Of a stretch of DNA of 64,000 nt, positions 52,108 through 63,567 are shown piece after piece (the first letter of the stretch is position 1; the number at the start of each line of letters is the position of its first letter). Source of the DNA: Sphingobacteriales bacterium (GTDB lineage Bacteria > Bacteroidota > Bacteroidia > Chitinophagales > CAIOSU01). The notes under the pieces are model-generated. The model was not told the DNA's origin. It worked only from the letters and a program-made list of their open reading frames with translations, and did no database searches. The stretch is from the NCBI GenBank assembly GCA_027483645.1, contig JAIXUD010000010.1, positions 1 to 64,000 on the forward strand. Reading direction: 5' to 3'. Both the position numbers and the translations under genes were made by a program.

Positions 52108-53721
52108 ATGCCCATTTCTAAGAAGTGGTACTTATTAGCTTTTTTGCTGGTAGCGTATTTTTTGGTAGCGCTTTACCCCATTTTGCTCAGCGGTTTTTAT
52201 TCTGATGATATCCTGTTTATGCAGGGTACTAGGGGTAAAATTATATATGATAACACCAGTTTGTGCGAGTTGGTGGTGGAGGATACTAATGCGTGGATGG
52301 CCAATGCACGGTTTGCCCCGCTATTTTATCTAGAAATGCGATCCGTATTTTATTTCATTAGTGATGTGTTAAGCTACAAAGCTTACATCTTGGTTTTAAA
52401 CTTGGTGGCTGTTTTTTCTTTTGCTTATTTTCTATACACACTCAATAAAGACAGAAAATTCTTAATAATAGCACTCTTGGTGCTACCAGCGTTCTTTCAG
52501 TTTAGGGTAATGAGCCATGATGCATACACCACTTTCGGCGGATTGTATCAAGGTATTGCCATACTCAATTTCCTGGCTTTATCCCTATTTGTTTTGTACC
52601 TCCAAAAAGAAAGAGGCTATTATCTATTTGCCTCAATGGGCATGTTACTAGCGGCGTTTTGTTTCTCAGAAATGACGCTGATTTTTATACCGGTCTATTT
52701 GGTTGTGGCACTTTGGTTAAACAAGTCGACCGAAACCAAGTTGCTATACCTATCCAAAAAACTGGCTTCGGTAGCTTTAATTACCGGAATCTACCTTGCA
52801 TTAGTCATAGGCTTAAGGGCAAGTCAACCACCTGATTTTTACCAATACCCTGGCTTACGCACCTCTTTTAATGGCTCAAAAATGATGCGACTCTTCCATG
52901 GGCAGCTTATTTCGGCTATACCTATGAGCTACATTAATTATGAGAAGAATTTTTTAAAGGTTGAGCCAAAAATTATTTTCGGCCAAATATGGCTATACCT
53001 ACCCATAGGCTTGGCTATATTGCTCATGATAGTGTTTTTGCTAGTTTTCCAACAATATTGGGGAATACCAAAACTTGATGGACTTACACATAGCAAATGG
53101 TTGATTATTATTGGGCTACTGCTCTTGTTGTTACCCGGTGCACTTATAATGCCATCGGATAAGTATCAAAGAATGGTATTGCCTGGTAACGGATACCTAC
53201 CGGTATACCTTCAAAATTTCGGCGGTGCCATGCTTTTTTCATTATTGATGCACTGGCTGTTAGGTGCTGCTAGTAGGTTGAAAAATTACCTAGGTATTGG
53301 TATGGTTGTGCTGTTTTTGCTGATTGTGCCGCTCACTTTTGCCAACAATGTACGCTTGGTGACCAAGCAGAATTTCACAGCCCATAATCCTAGCTTAGCG
53401 TTGGAGAAGGCCCTTACCGATGGTTTGTTAAAAGCGGTACAGCGAAGGAATGTAATATGGCTGGCCAACAATCACCATTGGGGTGGTACCGACTACTATA
53501 AGTATTTATTTACCGAAAAGGCAAATAAGCGGGTTACGGTGGTAAACTCTTTACAACCAGCTGATTTCGACCCTGCTAACCAGCCTGTGTTTTACTTGTC
53601 TTTTCCTGCTGGCAACCCGAATATAGTAAGCTTGAAACGAGTTATTGCTATTGATGAAGATGGTTTGCCCCAAGTAGATGATAGCGAGCGGGATAGGGTT
53701 TTTAGCTATGATTTGGAGTGA
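52108..53721 (+). CDS. Polytopic membrane protein, putative glycosyltransferase (ArnT/PMT/YfhO-like)
   Basis: More than 10 TM helices, with the largest inter-helix loops near the N- and C-termini. No strict motif identified. Confidence 0.45.
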   Translation: MPISKKWYLLAFLLVAYFLVALYPILLSGFYSDDILFMQGTRGKIIYDNTSLCELVVEDTNAWMANARFAPLFYLEMRSVFYFISDVLSYKAYILVLNLVAVFSFAYFLYTLNKDRKFLIIALLVLPAFFQFRVMSHDAYTTFGGLYQGIAILNFLALSLFVLYLQKERGYYLFASMGMLLAAFCFSEMTLIFIPVYLVVALWLNKSTETKLLYLSKKLASVALITGIYLALVIGLRASQPPDFYQYPGLRTSFNGSKMMRLFHGQLISAIPMSYINYEKNFLKVEPKIIFGQIWLYLPIGLAILLMIVFLLVFQQYWGIPKLDGLTHSKWLIIIGLLLLLLPGALIMPSDKYQRMVLPGNGYLPVYLQNFGGAMLFSLLMHWLLGAASRLKNYLGIGMVVLFLLIVPLTFANNVRLVTKQNFTAHNPSLALEKALTDGLLKAVQRRNVIWLANNHHWGGTDYYKYLFTEKANKRVTVVNSLQPADFDPANQPVFYLSFPAGNPNIVSLKRVIAIDEDGLPQVDDSERDRVFSYDLE

Positions 53722-53813
53722 ATTGACTAACAATATTCGCCATTGCGCCGTAATGGTCAAGCTACTATCACCCCTATCTGCGAAGTACAATTTGGTATAA
53801 TGCTGGCTATGGA

Positions 53814-54989
53814 TTACTCCTTTTTAGTATCGACTAACTTGGTAACGCCATCCACAATATCCACCATAAATGCGGTGCCTTTGCGACCCGTGTAGCGCTG
53901 GTAGTATTGCTCAATATAGGCTATGAAAGATTCTATGGCGTCTTTCTTAACCAAGGCAAAGGCGCAACCGCCAAACCCTGCGCCCGACATTTTTGCGCCG
54001 ATGCAACCAGGGTGTTGCTGTGCCCCTTCTACCATAGTATCCAGTTCGTGCCCGCTTACCTCGTAGTCGTTCTTCAAAGAGCGGTGAGAGTCGAATAATA
54101 GGTAGCCAAACGTATCTAAATCCGACCTACGGAGTGCCGCCGCAGCTTCTTGCACTCGGCGTTGTTCGCTAGCCGCGTGGTGTGCCCTGCGGCGCAGTAT
54201 TGGGTCTTTTATGTATTTGGTTATATCCCTTGGGTCGGCCTGTACCAAGTGCTGTATACCCGTTTTCGGTTGAAGCAACGCCAGTGCGGCGCGGCATTCG
54301 GCTACACGCTCATTGTACTTGCTTTCGTGCAGTGCCCGTTGCTTGTTGGTGTTGAGTACTACTATGCGGTATTCGCCCAGCCTTACAGGTACATGGGCAT
54401 ATTCCAGGGTTTCGCAGTTAAGCAGTATAGCGTTGCCTTTTTTGCCGTGGGCAATGGCAAACTGGTCCATAATGCCGCTTTGTACACCGATGAAATCGTT
54501 CTCCGCTTTTTGGCCCATTTGGGCAAGTTCGGTTCGGTCCATCGGTTTGCCAGCCATCTCGGCAAACATATAGCCCGTAAGCACCTCCACACAGGCTGAA
54601 GACGATAGGCCCGCCGCTACGGGAAGATTACTTTGATACATCACCTCTGCACCGGGCAGCTCATAGCCTTTTTGTAGCAACTCGTTCAATACGGCCATTG
54701 GGTAATTGGCCCAGCCACGGCTTTTTTCGAATTGGATGGGATTGGTAAGGTTGCTCACCAGATCATGGTCATCCAATTGCGACCGCATCCATACTATCTT
54801 GTTATCCTCTTTGCGCACTGCTGCATATATGCCGCGCGAAATGGCTGCGGGCATTACCCAGCCGCCATTGTAATCTATATGCTCACCAATAAGACAGATG
54901 CGGCCAGGTGCAAAATAGAACTCTACCGGGTGGGGGTCTTCCCGTCCGTACAGTTGGTAAAAGCTTTTGCGCAGGCTCTTTATCTCCAT
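53814..54989 (-). CDS. galK: Galactokinase
   Basis: Galactokinase signature RICLIGEHIDYNGG and GHMP kinase motif (PVAAGLSSSA). Confidence 0.9.
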   Translation of the reverse strand: MEIKSLRKSFYQLYGREDPHPVEFYFAPGRICLIGEHIDYNGGWVMPAAISRGIYAAVRKEDNKIVWMRSQLDDHDLVSNLTNPIQFEKSRGWANYPMAVLNELLQKGYELPGAEVMYQSNLPVAAGLSSSACVEVLTGYMFAEMAGKPMDRTELAQMGQKAENDFIGVQSGIMDQFAIAHGKKGNAILLNCETLEYAHVPVRLGEYRIVVLNTNKQRALHESKYNERVAECRAALALLQPKTGIQHLVQADPRDITKYIKDPILRRRAHHAASEQRRVQEAAAALRRSDLDTFGYLLFDSHRSLKNDYEVSGHELDTMVEGAQQHPGCIGAKMSGAGFGGCAFALVKKDAIESFIAYIEQYYQRYTGRKGTAFMVDIVDGVTKLVDTKKE

Positions 54990-54990
54990 A

Positions 54991-55998
54991 TTAGCCTTGT
55001 GTAGTTTGGTAACGATTGAGAGCCTCCCTTAATTGCGGGGCTGTATCTTCTACGAGCAAAGTATTGGCTGCAGCCCAAGCACCTGTTTCTGAAGATGCCA
55101 ACCATTTGATGCGGTCGGCCGCACGTAGGGGTGTATAAAACTCAATGTGGAAAGGGTAATATTTAGCGGCATCAGCATATTCGGCATTGTTCACAGGTTG
55201 CTGATACAGGCACATCATATACGGGAAAGGCTTGTTGAAGAGTGTATCCATAGCACCAATTACCTGCCTTAATATATCTGCCAAACTAGTGCGCTCTTGT
55301 TCGTTCATATCGCTTATGCTACTCTTGCCCTGCCTGTTTACGATATAAACCCCGTAAGGATAATCATTGAACCATGGTATAAACGCTGCAAAATGCTCGT
55401 TGTGGGTTATCATTCTACGGCCATCCTGCATTTCGGTTGCCACCATATCCAACAAAAGTGAGTTGCCTGTTGACTGATAGTGGTTTAAACAATTATCAAG
55501 CTCCGTTTTTACCTTCAGGGGTATGAATGGGTAGGCATATATCTGCCCGTGTGGGTGGTGTATGGTTACGCCAACTTCCTCGCCGCGGCTCTCAAAAGGG
55601 AATATATACTGCACGGCCCTATCCTTACTCAACTCCTCGAAGCGTGTAGCCCATGCATTTACCAACTTCAATACATGCTCTAACGGTAATTGTGCCAAGC
55701 CCTTATTATGATCAGGCGAATACAGTACTACATCGCAATGGCCAGCTGCTTGGGCAGTATGATAAAATGCCGTAGGGCCAGGTGCTGGCTGCGGATGATT
55801 AGGTGATAATGCAGGAAAGTCATTAGCATAAAGCAAAACCTCGTAATCATCCGGTACTTGGCCAGAACCTGGGCAAAAAGGGCACCCTTGCTTAGGCAAA
55901 TGCGGGCGATGCTGGCGGTTGGGCGCCACCATGTTATATGTGCCAAGTAACGGATTCCAACGCAGGTGCGACATGCTATTTCCTTTGAGGGGACGCAA
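54991..55998 (-). CDS. galT: Galactose-1-phosphate uridylyltransferase
   Basis: HIT-like HPHGQIYAY active-site motif, Cys/His zinc site (CPFCPG); adjacent to galK. Confidence 0.85.
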   Translation of the reverse strand: MRPLKGNSMSHLRWNPLLGTYNMVAPNRQHRPHLPKQGCPFCPGSGQVPDDYEVLLYANDFPALSPNHPQPAPGPTAFYHTAQAAGHCDVVLYSPDHNKGLAQLPLEHVLKLVNAWATRFEELSKDRAVQYIFPFESRGEEVGVTIHHPHGQIYAYPFIPLKVKTELDNCLNHYQSTGNSLLLDMVATEMQDGRRMITHNEHFAAFIPWFNDYPYGVYIVNRQGKSSISDMNEQERTSLADILRQVIGAMDTLFNKPFPYMMCLYQQPVNNAEYADAAKYYPFHIEFYTPLRAADRIKWLASSETGAWAAANTLLVEDTAPQLREALNRYQTTQG

Positions 55999-56270
55999 AG
56001 GTAAATATAATATAGTTTCTAGTTTCGAGATACGGCAACAAGTTTCATGCTTTTATGAAACTTTCTTTTTACCTCACCTTACCGTAGCAATTCATTCACA
56101 AAAAAGCACGGATGATACCGTGCTCTCAAAATGCTTTGTAAATCAACGCAGGTCATGCTTTGATAACAATCTCATCGGTATTGTTGGTTAAGCCCAATGG
56201 CTTTTTCTGAGCATACCTTCCGAGGTAACGAGCAGATGATGGAGGATTGACCAAAGATGTTGCAGAAATG

Positions 56271-58934
56271 TTACTGTTTCAAAAATTTCAGTGCGCTCGT
56301 TTCTCCGTCAATTTTCACTTTTACAAAGTATAGCCCATTAGCCAATGCAGCTATATTTATTCGTTGGTTGTTTTCGTAATTGTCAATCGATAGTACCACC
56401 TTGCCTGTAACATCATTTATGGTTATCGCTGCGGTATTACTATGGTCAAACTTTACAATAATCTCGTTATTAGATGGGTTTGGATACAAGATTATTGAGT
56501 TACCTGAGGCTTTAGTCTCTTTAGCTGCCGTAGAGCTATCAATAGTACTCGTTACCACATTTGTTAGGTACAGTGCTTCATAATCAAGCAATACCAGCGC
56601 ACTGGCCGCTATCTGTGTACCGAGTGATCGGCTAGATTTTGTTTTTATTTGGTATTTGATGACAGCTACGCTTCCTACAGTTGGTTCGGCATTGCTGGTT
56701 AGCTGCATATTTTCAAAATGGAAAATCAAATTATTTCCATCGATTGAAGAAATTTCCACCGGATGCGAAGAGCTAAGGATGGATAGACTAGGGAGGTAGA
56801 GGTTGGTATCAATAGATACTTGAACCTTTCCATCGGTAATGGTTTCCCCTGTCTCGTTCCAAACCCTAATTGTATATTCCAATACAGAATCATTGATGCC
56901 TATTTTACCATCAGTAGTAAACCCATTAGGCTGCACATCAATGAATGCATTAGCAAAGGAGCTATCCAAATCGGTTTTTGGTGTGCCCCAATCAAAGATG
57001 TAATTGTGGTCCGTTGCTGCGTTGTCTGGTAGGTAGGCATCGCTTGCAATGTTAAATTGGGCAGCGTTCTCAATACGGTATATATCAATTGGCAGCAAGG
57101 TAATAGCGGGTTGGGTTACAATTTCTATGGAGAGGTTTTCGCTTGGTTGAAAATTGCTAATGTTCCAAGTTAAGTTGTTGCCGGTTTGCTGGGTTGGTGC
57201 TAGGCTGGTAGACACAATTTGGAGGTTTGTATCTAGTTGTAACGTAATAGTACCCGATATAACATTGGAGCCTACATTGCGGTAAGTTAATGTATTGTTG
57301 TGGATGTTACCCCAAATTGCCGTGCTACTGGAAAGATATATGGCTCCGTCGGTTACATTAGGGGTTATGTAACTTCCTAAAGAGGTGAAGGTTGGTTGTG
57401 TGCTGGAGATAACCGATACTGCAACAGGTTCGTTACAACTGGCGTTCCAATGCCTTGGCAATATTTGTTGCAGGCTGTAAGTACCAATGGGTTTTGAAAA
57501 CGCGAATTCACCAGCACTATTGGTCACGTTATAAACTCGGCTGGGTAGGCACTCCACCACGCGATTGGCTAGTGGAGGTTCACTATTATTTTGGCAATTG
57601 TTATTAATGTCGTTAAAAACCGTTCCGGTCACAGTTGGACCACAATTGTTGGCGCAGTATTTTTTGGTGAAGTTGAAGCTATGAAAACCATTGTGGTGAG
57701 TAGTATTTGTGCTTATGTAGATGTTGTCAACGGAATCTAAGTTACTCCAAAAACTATAAGAATAATTACTGTCTAAAAGCTCCGATGGACCATAAGTCCA
57801 TAATCCGGTCTTACTAATTTGCGCGATGGAATAAGATAATGAATTGTATGCTGAGTTTGGATTTGTAGTATGATATGCTATTGCAAAGTCTTCAGTAGAA
57901 GTGGTATAAGCGTCAATAATATCATTGTAAGTGTCGGCAATGGGTAAATAATTTTTGCTTTCAATTACCATTCCTGAGGGCGAAACATGCGTAAAGTGAA
58001 TCCCTAATAAATCAGTTCCTGTAGAATCAATTTCCACTTTACCAATTAAATAGGTATGATTTGAACTATCGCTATAAATAAGTTCAGGAATAATTTCATT
58101 CCCTTCGATAGCTACTTCCCATTCTATCACAGAAGTATTTATTCCTTGATATCTTTTTAGGCTATAGAATGATATGAAATCTCCATTTATAAGTGAATCA
58201 AAAGGATACAAATAGTACAGGTTTTCTTCGTTATCAACTTTGTAAACCGCATCGTAATCGCCTAATGTTGAAGCTATTAGTTGATATTGCCCATTTGTAT
58301 CTATGCGATATGTATTTATAGTATCATACCCATAGTGGAAAGCATTCAGCAGGATAGTATTATCTGACAACTTGATGAACGAAGGATCAATATCTAAATC
58401 CTCTTTTATCACGGTTTGCCACTGAATATTACCACTGATATCTATCTTCGTAATTTGATATCCGGTATCAATACCCCAAACGCTATGTATAGGAATTATA
58501 TGTTGGTTGTAGAAAAATGTTTCTAGTTCGTAGGCTCTTGTTTGGGTTATGATATTTGTGTTTTGGATGCTTGTTTGGTTTCCTGTCGCTAAGTCAATTG
58601 AATAAATTATATTGAAAAAATTATCATAATATATTAGTGTATTGCTAGATTCTAAATACTTAAAACTTGCATCTTGACCATGTATGTGGTGATACAATAT
58701 AGGACTTAAATAAATAGTCGCGCCCTCTACGTCATATATTTCTATCATGTATTCACTGTTGCCAAAATATGCATAAACAACAGTTGCACCATTTGGTAGA
58801 TAACTTATTATCTCGGCGAAAGCATAAGTGTTCGGGTTATACCTCCCCATATTCCTGGCCCACTCCTCAGTATACTGAGCATTGATGTTGAAGGATAACG
58901 TAAGAAGCAGAAGTAGGGATAATAGGTGGTTCAT
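56271..58934 (-). CDS. Large secreted repeat protein with T9SS C-terminal sorting domain
   Basis: Signal peptide; beta-propeller-like repeats; C-terminal CTD (ILYPNPSNNEIIVKF...GLYFVKVKIDGETSALKFLKQ). Confidence 0.7.
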   Translation of the reverse strand: MNHLLSLLLLLTLSFNINAQYTEEWARNMGRYNPNTYAFAEIISYLPNGATVVYAYFGNSEYMIEIYDVEGATIYLSPILYHHIHGQDASFKYLESSNTLIYYDNFFNIIYSIDLATGNQTSIQNTNIITQTRAYELETFFYNQHIIPIHSVWGIDTGYQITKIDISGNIQWQTVIKEDLDIDPSFIKLSDNTILLNAFHYGYDTINTYRIDTNGQYQLIASTLGDYDAVYKVDNEENLYYLYPFDSLINGDFISFYSLKRYQGINTSVIEWEVAIEGNEIIPELIYSDSSNHTYLIGKVEIDSTGTDLLGIHFTHVSPSGMVIESKNYLPIADTYNDIIDAYTTSTEDFAIAYHTTNPNSAYNSLSYSIAQISKTGLWTYGPSELLDSNYSYSFWSNLDSVDNIYISTNTTHHNGFHSFNFTKKYCANNCGPTVTGTVFNDINNNCQNNSEPPLANRVVECLPSRVYNVTNSAGEFAFSKPIGTYSLQQILPRHWNASCNEPVAVSVISSTQPTFTSLGSYITPNVTDGAIYLSSSTAIWGNIHNNTLTYRNVGSNVISGTITLQLDTNLQIVSTSLAPTQQTGNNLTWNISNFQPSENLSIEIVTQPAITLLPIDIYRIENAAQFNIASDAYLPDNAATDHNYIFDWGTPKTDLDSSFANAFIDVQPNGFTTDGKIGINDSVLEYTIRVWNETGETITDGKVQVSIDTNLYLPSLSILSSSHPVEISSIDGNNLIFHFENMQLTSNAEPTVGSVAVIKYQIKTKSSRSLGTQIAASALVLLDYEALYLTNVVTSTIDSSTAAKETKASGNSIILYPNPSNNEIIVKFDHSNTAAITINDVTGKVVLSIDNYENNQRINIAALANGLYFVKVKIDGETSALKFLKQ

Positions 58935-59129
58935 GGTGGCTCTTTTACACAATAACGTATAATTTAATTGTCTACCAAAATATATTTGGTAAGTGTGTAA
59001 ATGTTAGAGCAATTTATTAATATAAAAGTTGCATAGGGCGACTTTAGTTTTTTAAAGCCATTAACTCCTTCTCCTAACCCACCATCGACACTTTTTGAAG
59101 CAATCCATGGACTGTGGACCATCGACCAA

Positions 59130-60038
59130 CTAATTCCTCCAACCCAACAAAAACTCCTTTACTCCCAATCGTTTTTTGCCTTCCAGTTGTAGTTCTTCTG
59201 CAAGTATGTAGCCATCGGGTGTTGCAAAGCGTAAGTATTGCTTGCCATCGGTATCTGCAAAGCCGGGCGCTTTGCCGTGTGAGGTGAGCTCTTTCTTGGC
59301 GCTATATATTTTCAAGGTTTTGCCGTCTAGCTCCGTCCAAGCGGCGGGGTAGGGGCTCAAGCCGCGGATGTGGTTGTACACCTCATCAACAGGCTTATTC
59401 CAATCAATCTTGCAATCTTCGCGGAAAATTTTTGGGGCATGGGGGTAGTTTCCGCCCATCTCTTGTGGCGTGCCTTTGGCAGTGCCAGCTTGTATCTCTT
59501 TTACCGTATTCAGCATAGTTTCGGCACCCAGCGCCATCATACGGTCATGTACTTCACCCGCATTTTCATCGGGGCCTATGGGCATTTTGGTTTGCTGAAT
59601 GATGCTGCCCGTGTCTATTTCATGTTGTAGGAAAAAGGTAGTTACACCTGTTTCGGTTTCCCCATTTATTACTGCCCAGTTGATGGGCGCCGCACCACGG
59701 TAAGCCGGCAACAACGAGCCATGCAAATTGATAGTGCCCATCGGTGGCAAGTTCCACACCACTTCTGGCAACATACGGAAGGCCACCACCACCTGTAAGT
59801 CCGGCTTTAGGGCGGTAAGCTCTTCTATAAAGCCGGGGGCTTTTAGCTTTTCGGGTTGCAATACCCGCAAGCCATGCTCCAAGGCATATTTCTTTACGGC
59901 ACTTTGCTGTAGCTGGTTGCCCCGGCCTGCGGGCTTATCCACGGCAGTTACCACGGCCACCACCTCAAAGCCATTCTTCACCAAAATATCCAAAGAGGTC
60001 ACCGCAAATTCGGGCGTGCCCATAAACACAATGCGCAT
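59130..60038 (-). CDS. fmt: Methionyl-tRNA formyltransferase
   Basis: MRIVFMGTPEFAV N-terminus and formyltransferase core; 302 aa. Confidence 0.92.
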   Translation of the reverse strand: MRIVFMGTPEFAVTSLDILVKNGFEVVAVVTAVDKPAGRGNQLQQSAVKKYALEHGLRVLQPEKLKAPGFIEELTALKPDLQVVVAFRMLPEVVWNLPPMGTINLHGSLLPAYRGAAPINWAVINGETETGVTTFFLQHEIDTGSIIQQTKMPIGPDENAGEVHDRMMALGAETMLNTVKEIQAGTAKGTPQEMGGNYPHAPKIFREDCKIDWNKPVDEVYNHIRGLSPYPAAWTELDGKTLKIYSAKKELTSHGKAPGFADTDGKQYLRFATPDGYILAEELQLEGKKRLGVKEFLLGWRN

Positions 60039-60041
60039 AGG

Positions 60042-61235
60042 TTAATTTGTAAAGTCAGGGTAAAGCAGGTATTTCTTCCGCATCAGCATGTACTTATCCT
60101 TATCGGCCTGCCATTGCATGCTTATTTCTTGCGAGGTATATCCGTTAATAATCATCTCGCGTAGCATGGTAGTACCTGCCAGCTTTTCAAAGAAAGGTGT
60201 GAAGAAGGTATCCCCTTTGCCTTGCTCTTTAAAGTATTGGTAAGCCTGGGTAACCCATTGAAAATCGAGCGTGCGGTTCCTTAAGAAATGTTCTAGTCCA
60301 AATTCTTGCAGCTCAAAGCCACGGCTGGGCTGGTTTTTATATGGTGGTTCTTTCGCACCTGGCATGCTTGTGGGGGTAAACTCATAGTCTCCAATCAAAA
60401 ACTCAGGGTGGCCATAAAGCTGAAAGGGCCTATCTGTGCCGCGGCCTACGCTCATAATAGTACCTTCAAAAAAGCAAACCGATGGGTACAAGTATACTGC
60501 TTGCATATTCGGCAAGTTCGGTGAGGGCTTTATGGGCAGATCGTAAGTCATATCGTGGTTGTAGCTTGCGCAGGGTATTACGGTTAGCTTGCACTGCACA
60601 CTATCCTTTAGCCATAGCTCGCCATTAATCATTTTTGCCAGTTCGCCCACGGTAAGTCCGTGCACCACTGGTATGGGGTGCATACCGATGAAGCTCTTGA
60701 AGGTGGAATCCATAATAGGGCCATCCACATAAAAACCGTTGGGGTTCGGTCTATCCAAAATAATCACTGGGATGCCCGCCTCGGCGCAGGCCTCCATTAC
60801 ATAGTGCATGGTGCTTATGTAGGTAAAAAAGCGCACGCCCACATCCTGTATGTCAAATATTACCACATCCAAGCCTTTCAGGTGTTCGGGTGTGGGTTTT
60901 TTGGTGGCTCCGTATAGGGATATAACAGGCAGGCCAGTAAGGGGGTCCGTTTCACTATTTATCTCTTGCCCGGCATCGGCCGTGCCACGGAAGCCATGCT
61001 CCGGGGCGAACACCTTGGTTACTTTCACTCGCTTTGCCAGCAGGGTATCCACCAGGTGCGCTTGTTTAGGGCCCACTACCGAGGTATGGTTCACCACCAA
61101 GCCTACTGATTTGCCCATAATACCGGGCACATATTCCATCATGCGTTCGGCGCCTACCAGCAGTGGTTTGGTGGCTTGCGAAAATACCGAGGTGGCAAAG
61201 AATAATAATACTGCAATGACGCTTACAATTTTCAT
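60042..61235 (-). CDS. DUF1343 family protein (NamZ/YbbC-like exo-beta-N-acetylmuramidase)
   Basis: 397 aa with signal peptide; DUF1343 hallmarks (…GIPVIILDRPNP…). Confidence 0.7.
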   Translation of the reverse strand: MKIVSVIAVLLFFATSVFSQATKPLLVGAERMMEYVPGIMGKSVGLVVNHTSVVGPKQAHLVDTLLAKRVKVTKVFAPEHGFRGTADAGQEINSETDPLTGLPVISLYGATKKPTPEHLKGLDVVIFDIQDVGVRFFTYISTMHYVMEACAEAGIPVIILDRPNPNGFYVDGPIMDSTFKSFIGMHPIPVVHGLTVGELAKMINGELWLKDSVQCKLTVIPCASYNHDMTYDLPIKPSPNLPNMQAVYLYPSVCFFEGTIMSVGRGTDRPFQLYGHPEFLIGDYEFTPTSMPGAKEPPYKNQPSRGFELQEFGLEHFLRNRTLDFQWVTQAYQYFKEQGKGDTFFTPFFEKLAGTTMLREMIINGYTSQEISMQWQADKDKYMLMRKKYLLYPDFTN

Positions 61236-61316
61236 ATTTTTGATGCGTTCGTGAGCTTGAAGGCTAGCCTATAAAGTTAGCCATTTCATTTTAACCGCCC
61301 GAACCCTTCCTAGGAT

Positions 61317-62627
61317 TTGAGACTCGAGCATTTTTTAACCCGGCGATTAGCCTTCAGCAAAAAGCGTACCTTTTCGCGCTTTATCATCGTTATTGCCACC
61401 GCCGCCGTGGCCCTGAGCATGACGGTGATGATAGTGGCCGTATCGCTAGTGAACGGTTTCCAAAAGGAAGTGAGTAATAAAGTTTACGGTTTTTGGGGTC
61501 ACATCGTCATCAGTAACTACGGTTTTGGGCAGCGCTTTGAAGAAACACAGCCTATTAACTTGAATACCCTGGAGTTGAAGGAGATTAAGGTGCTTGATAA
61601 CGTGCGCCACATGCAAGCCACGGCTTACAAACCGGGCATCATAAAAGCTAATGACAATATTGAAGGCGCAGTGCTAAAGGGTATTGGTGCCGACTTTGAT
61701 TGGGCATATTTCAAAAAGCATTTGGTAGCGGGCGATACCTTGCTCTTAGGTGACAGCCTACCGCAGCGCGATTTGCTGATTTCGCAGATTACGGCCAAGC
61801 GGCTGGGGCTACAGGTGGAGGATAACCTTGAGATTCACTTTATGCGGCAAGTGCCCTTGGTGCGAAAGTTTAAGGTACGAGGCATTTATAATACGGGGCT
61901 TGAGGAGTTTGATGATAAGTTCGCGCTAGTGGATATAAGGCATATACAGCAATTGAATGGCTGGAATGCCGACCAGGTGGGTGCGTTGGAGGTTTTTGTA
62001 AACGATTATGAAAGTAACGACCTGCTTAAAAAGATAAGTGAGTTGTCCGATTCTATGTTTGGAAAATCACCATTTACCCCTGAATATGTAGACCCACTAT
62101 TTGCCACCAACGAGCTAATAATGTATGATTTGCTAGGCAGCAATACCGTGTTGATGTCGCAAACCTTGAAAGAGATTGAGCCCAACATATTCGATTGGCT
62201 GGCCTTGCAAAACCTCAATAAGTACATCATCCTCACCCTTATGGGGGTGGTGGCCTTAATCAATATGGTTACCTGTATACTGATATTAATACTGGAGCGC
62301 ACCAACATGATTGGTATTTTGAAGGCTCTTGGTGCTACCAACTCGGTTATCAGCCGCATGTTTTTGGTGAACGGGGCTTTTATTTTAGGTACTGGTTTGT
62401 TAATAGGCAACATATTGGGCATTGGGCTTTGCCTCGCGCAGGATCATTTTCACTTTATCACCCTGCCGCCAGAGAGCTACTACGTGCAGTATGCCCCAGT
62501 GGATATCAATTACATTACCATACTCATCATTAATGTGCTGGTATTTGCGTTTTGCGAGGTGCTGCTCTTTATCCCATCGCTGTTGGTAAGCCGTATTTCT
62601 CCCATCAAAGCCATCCGTTTCAGCTAA
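61317..62627 (+). CDS. FtsX-like ABC transporter permease (LolC/E family)
   Basis: N-terminal TM helix, large periplasmic domain, C-terminal FtsX 3-TM module. Confidence 0.8.
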   Translation: MRLEHFLTRRLAFSKKRTFSRFIIVIATAAVALSMTVMIVAVSLVNGFQKEVSNKVYGFWGHIVISNYGFGQRFEETQPINLNTLELKEIKVLDNVRHMQATAYKPGIIKANDNIEGAVLKGIGADFDWAYFKKHLVAGDTLLLGDSLPQRDLLISQITAKRLGLQVEDNLEIHFMRQVPLVRKFKVRGIYNTGLEEFDDKFALVDIRHIQQLNGWNADQVGALEVFVNDYESNDLLKKISELSDSMFGKSPFTPEYVDPLFATNELIMYDLLGSNTVLMSQTLKEIEPNIFDWLALQNLNKYIILTLMGVVALINMVTCILILILERTNMIGILKALGATNSVISRMFLVNGAFILGTGLLIGNILGIGLCLAQDHFHFITLPPESYYVQYAPVDINYITILIINVLVFAFCEVLLFIPSLLVSRISPIKAIRFS

Positions 62628-62631
62628 GCCT

Positions 62632-63567
62632 ATGTGGTTATCCTACCTTAAAATATCCCGACCGCTCAATTTGCTGATGATGTTGGCCACCATGGTGTTA
62701 GCGCGCATATTGGTGGTGCAGCCAGTTTTTGACCTACACCGCCAAGTCATCCATACCGATTGGCTTCAATTTGCTTTGATGGTGCTAGCGACTGTTATGA
62801 TTGCTGCGGCAGGTTACTGGCTCAACGATTTTAATGACGTGGAGGCTGACAGCATCAACCGCCCCAACACCAACCCTGTAGGCAAGCAACTAGACGGCCA
62901 GAAGGTAATGAAAGGCGCACTAGTGCTCACCTTAGCTGGGGTATTGCTCGGCAATGGTGTTGCAATTTGGCTGGGCGCTTATCGGCTGGGCTTTTTATAC
63001 ACGCTACCCGCTATTTTGCTGTGGTTTTACAACATCAAGTTCAAGCATTGGCCATTGGTTGGCAACGTGGTTATCTCGATGTTGATTGGCTTGGTACCTA
63101 TGCTGCCCGGCATACACGAGCTGGCTACCCTCAACCAAACCGATGTGCTGGATGCTGCATTGTTCAACTACATCTTTATCGGCAGCTTGGGCTATGGCAT
63201 TTTGGCTTTCGGCATCAACTTGATACGGGAGGTGGTAAAAGACATACAGGATATGCAGGGCGACGACCATATTGGTAGCCGCACGCTACCATTGTTTGTA
63301 GGCGAGCGGCAGGCTAAGTTTATAAGTATTTTATTGATGCTGGGGCTAATAAGGGCTGTGCTGTATGCCCAGCAAATGTACCTAGAGGAGCAAGATATGG
63401 TGCTGCCCATCTATCTGGCAGCGGCAGTGCAATTGCCTTTATTGGTTACCATAGCAATGCTAATGTTTGCCAATAGCCAAAAACAATACGCCAGGGTAAG
63501 CCTGGTGCTTAAGTTGATAGCAGCGCTTGGTGTAGGTTCTATGTTATTATATAATATACCGCTATGA
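62632..63567 (+). CDS. UbiA-family prenyltransferase
   Basis: NDFNDVEADSINRPNTNPV (first Asp-rich motif) and a second D-rich motif; 8-9 TM helices. Confidence 0.8.
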   Translation: MWLSYLKISRPLNLLMMLATMVLARILVVQPVFDLHRQVIHTDWLQFALMVLATVMIAAAGYWLNDFNDVEADSINRPNTNPVGKQLDGQKVMKGALVLTLAGVLLGNGVAIWLGAYRLGFLYTLPAILLWFYNIKFKHWPLVGNVVISMLIGLVPMLPGIHELATLNQTDVLDAALFNYIFIGSLGYGILAFGINLIREVVKDIQDMQGDDHIGSRTLPLFVGERQAKFISILLMLGLIRAVLYAQQMYLEEQDMVLPIYLAAAVQLPLLVTIAMLMFANSQKQYARVSLVLKLIAALGVGSMLLYNIPL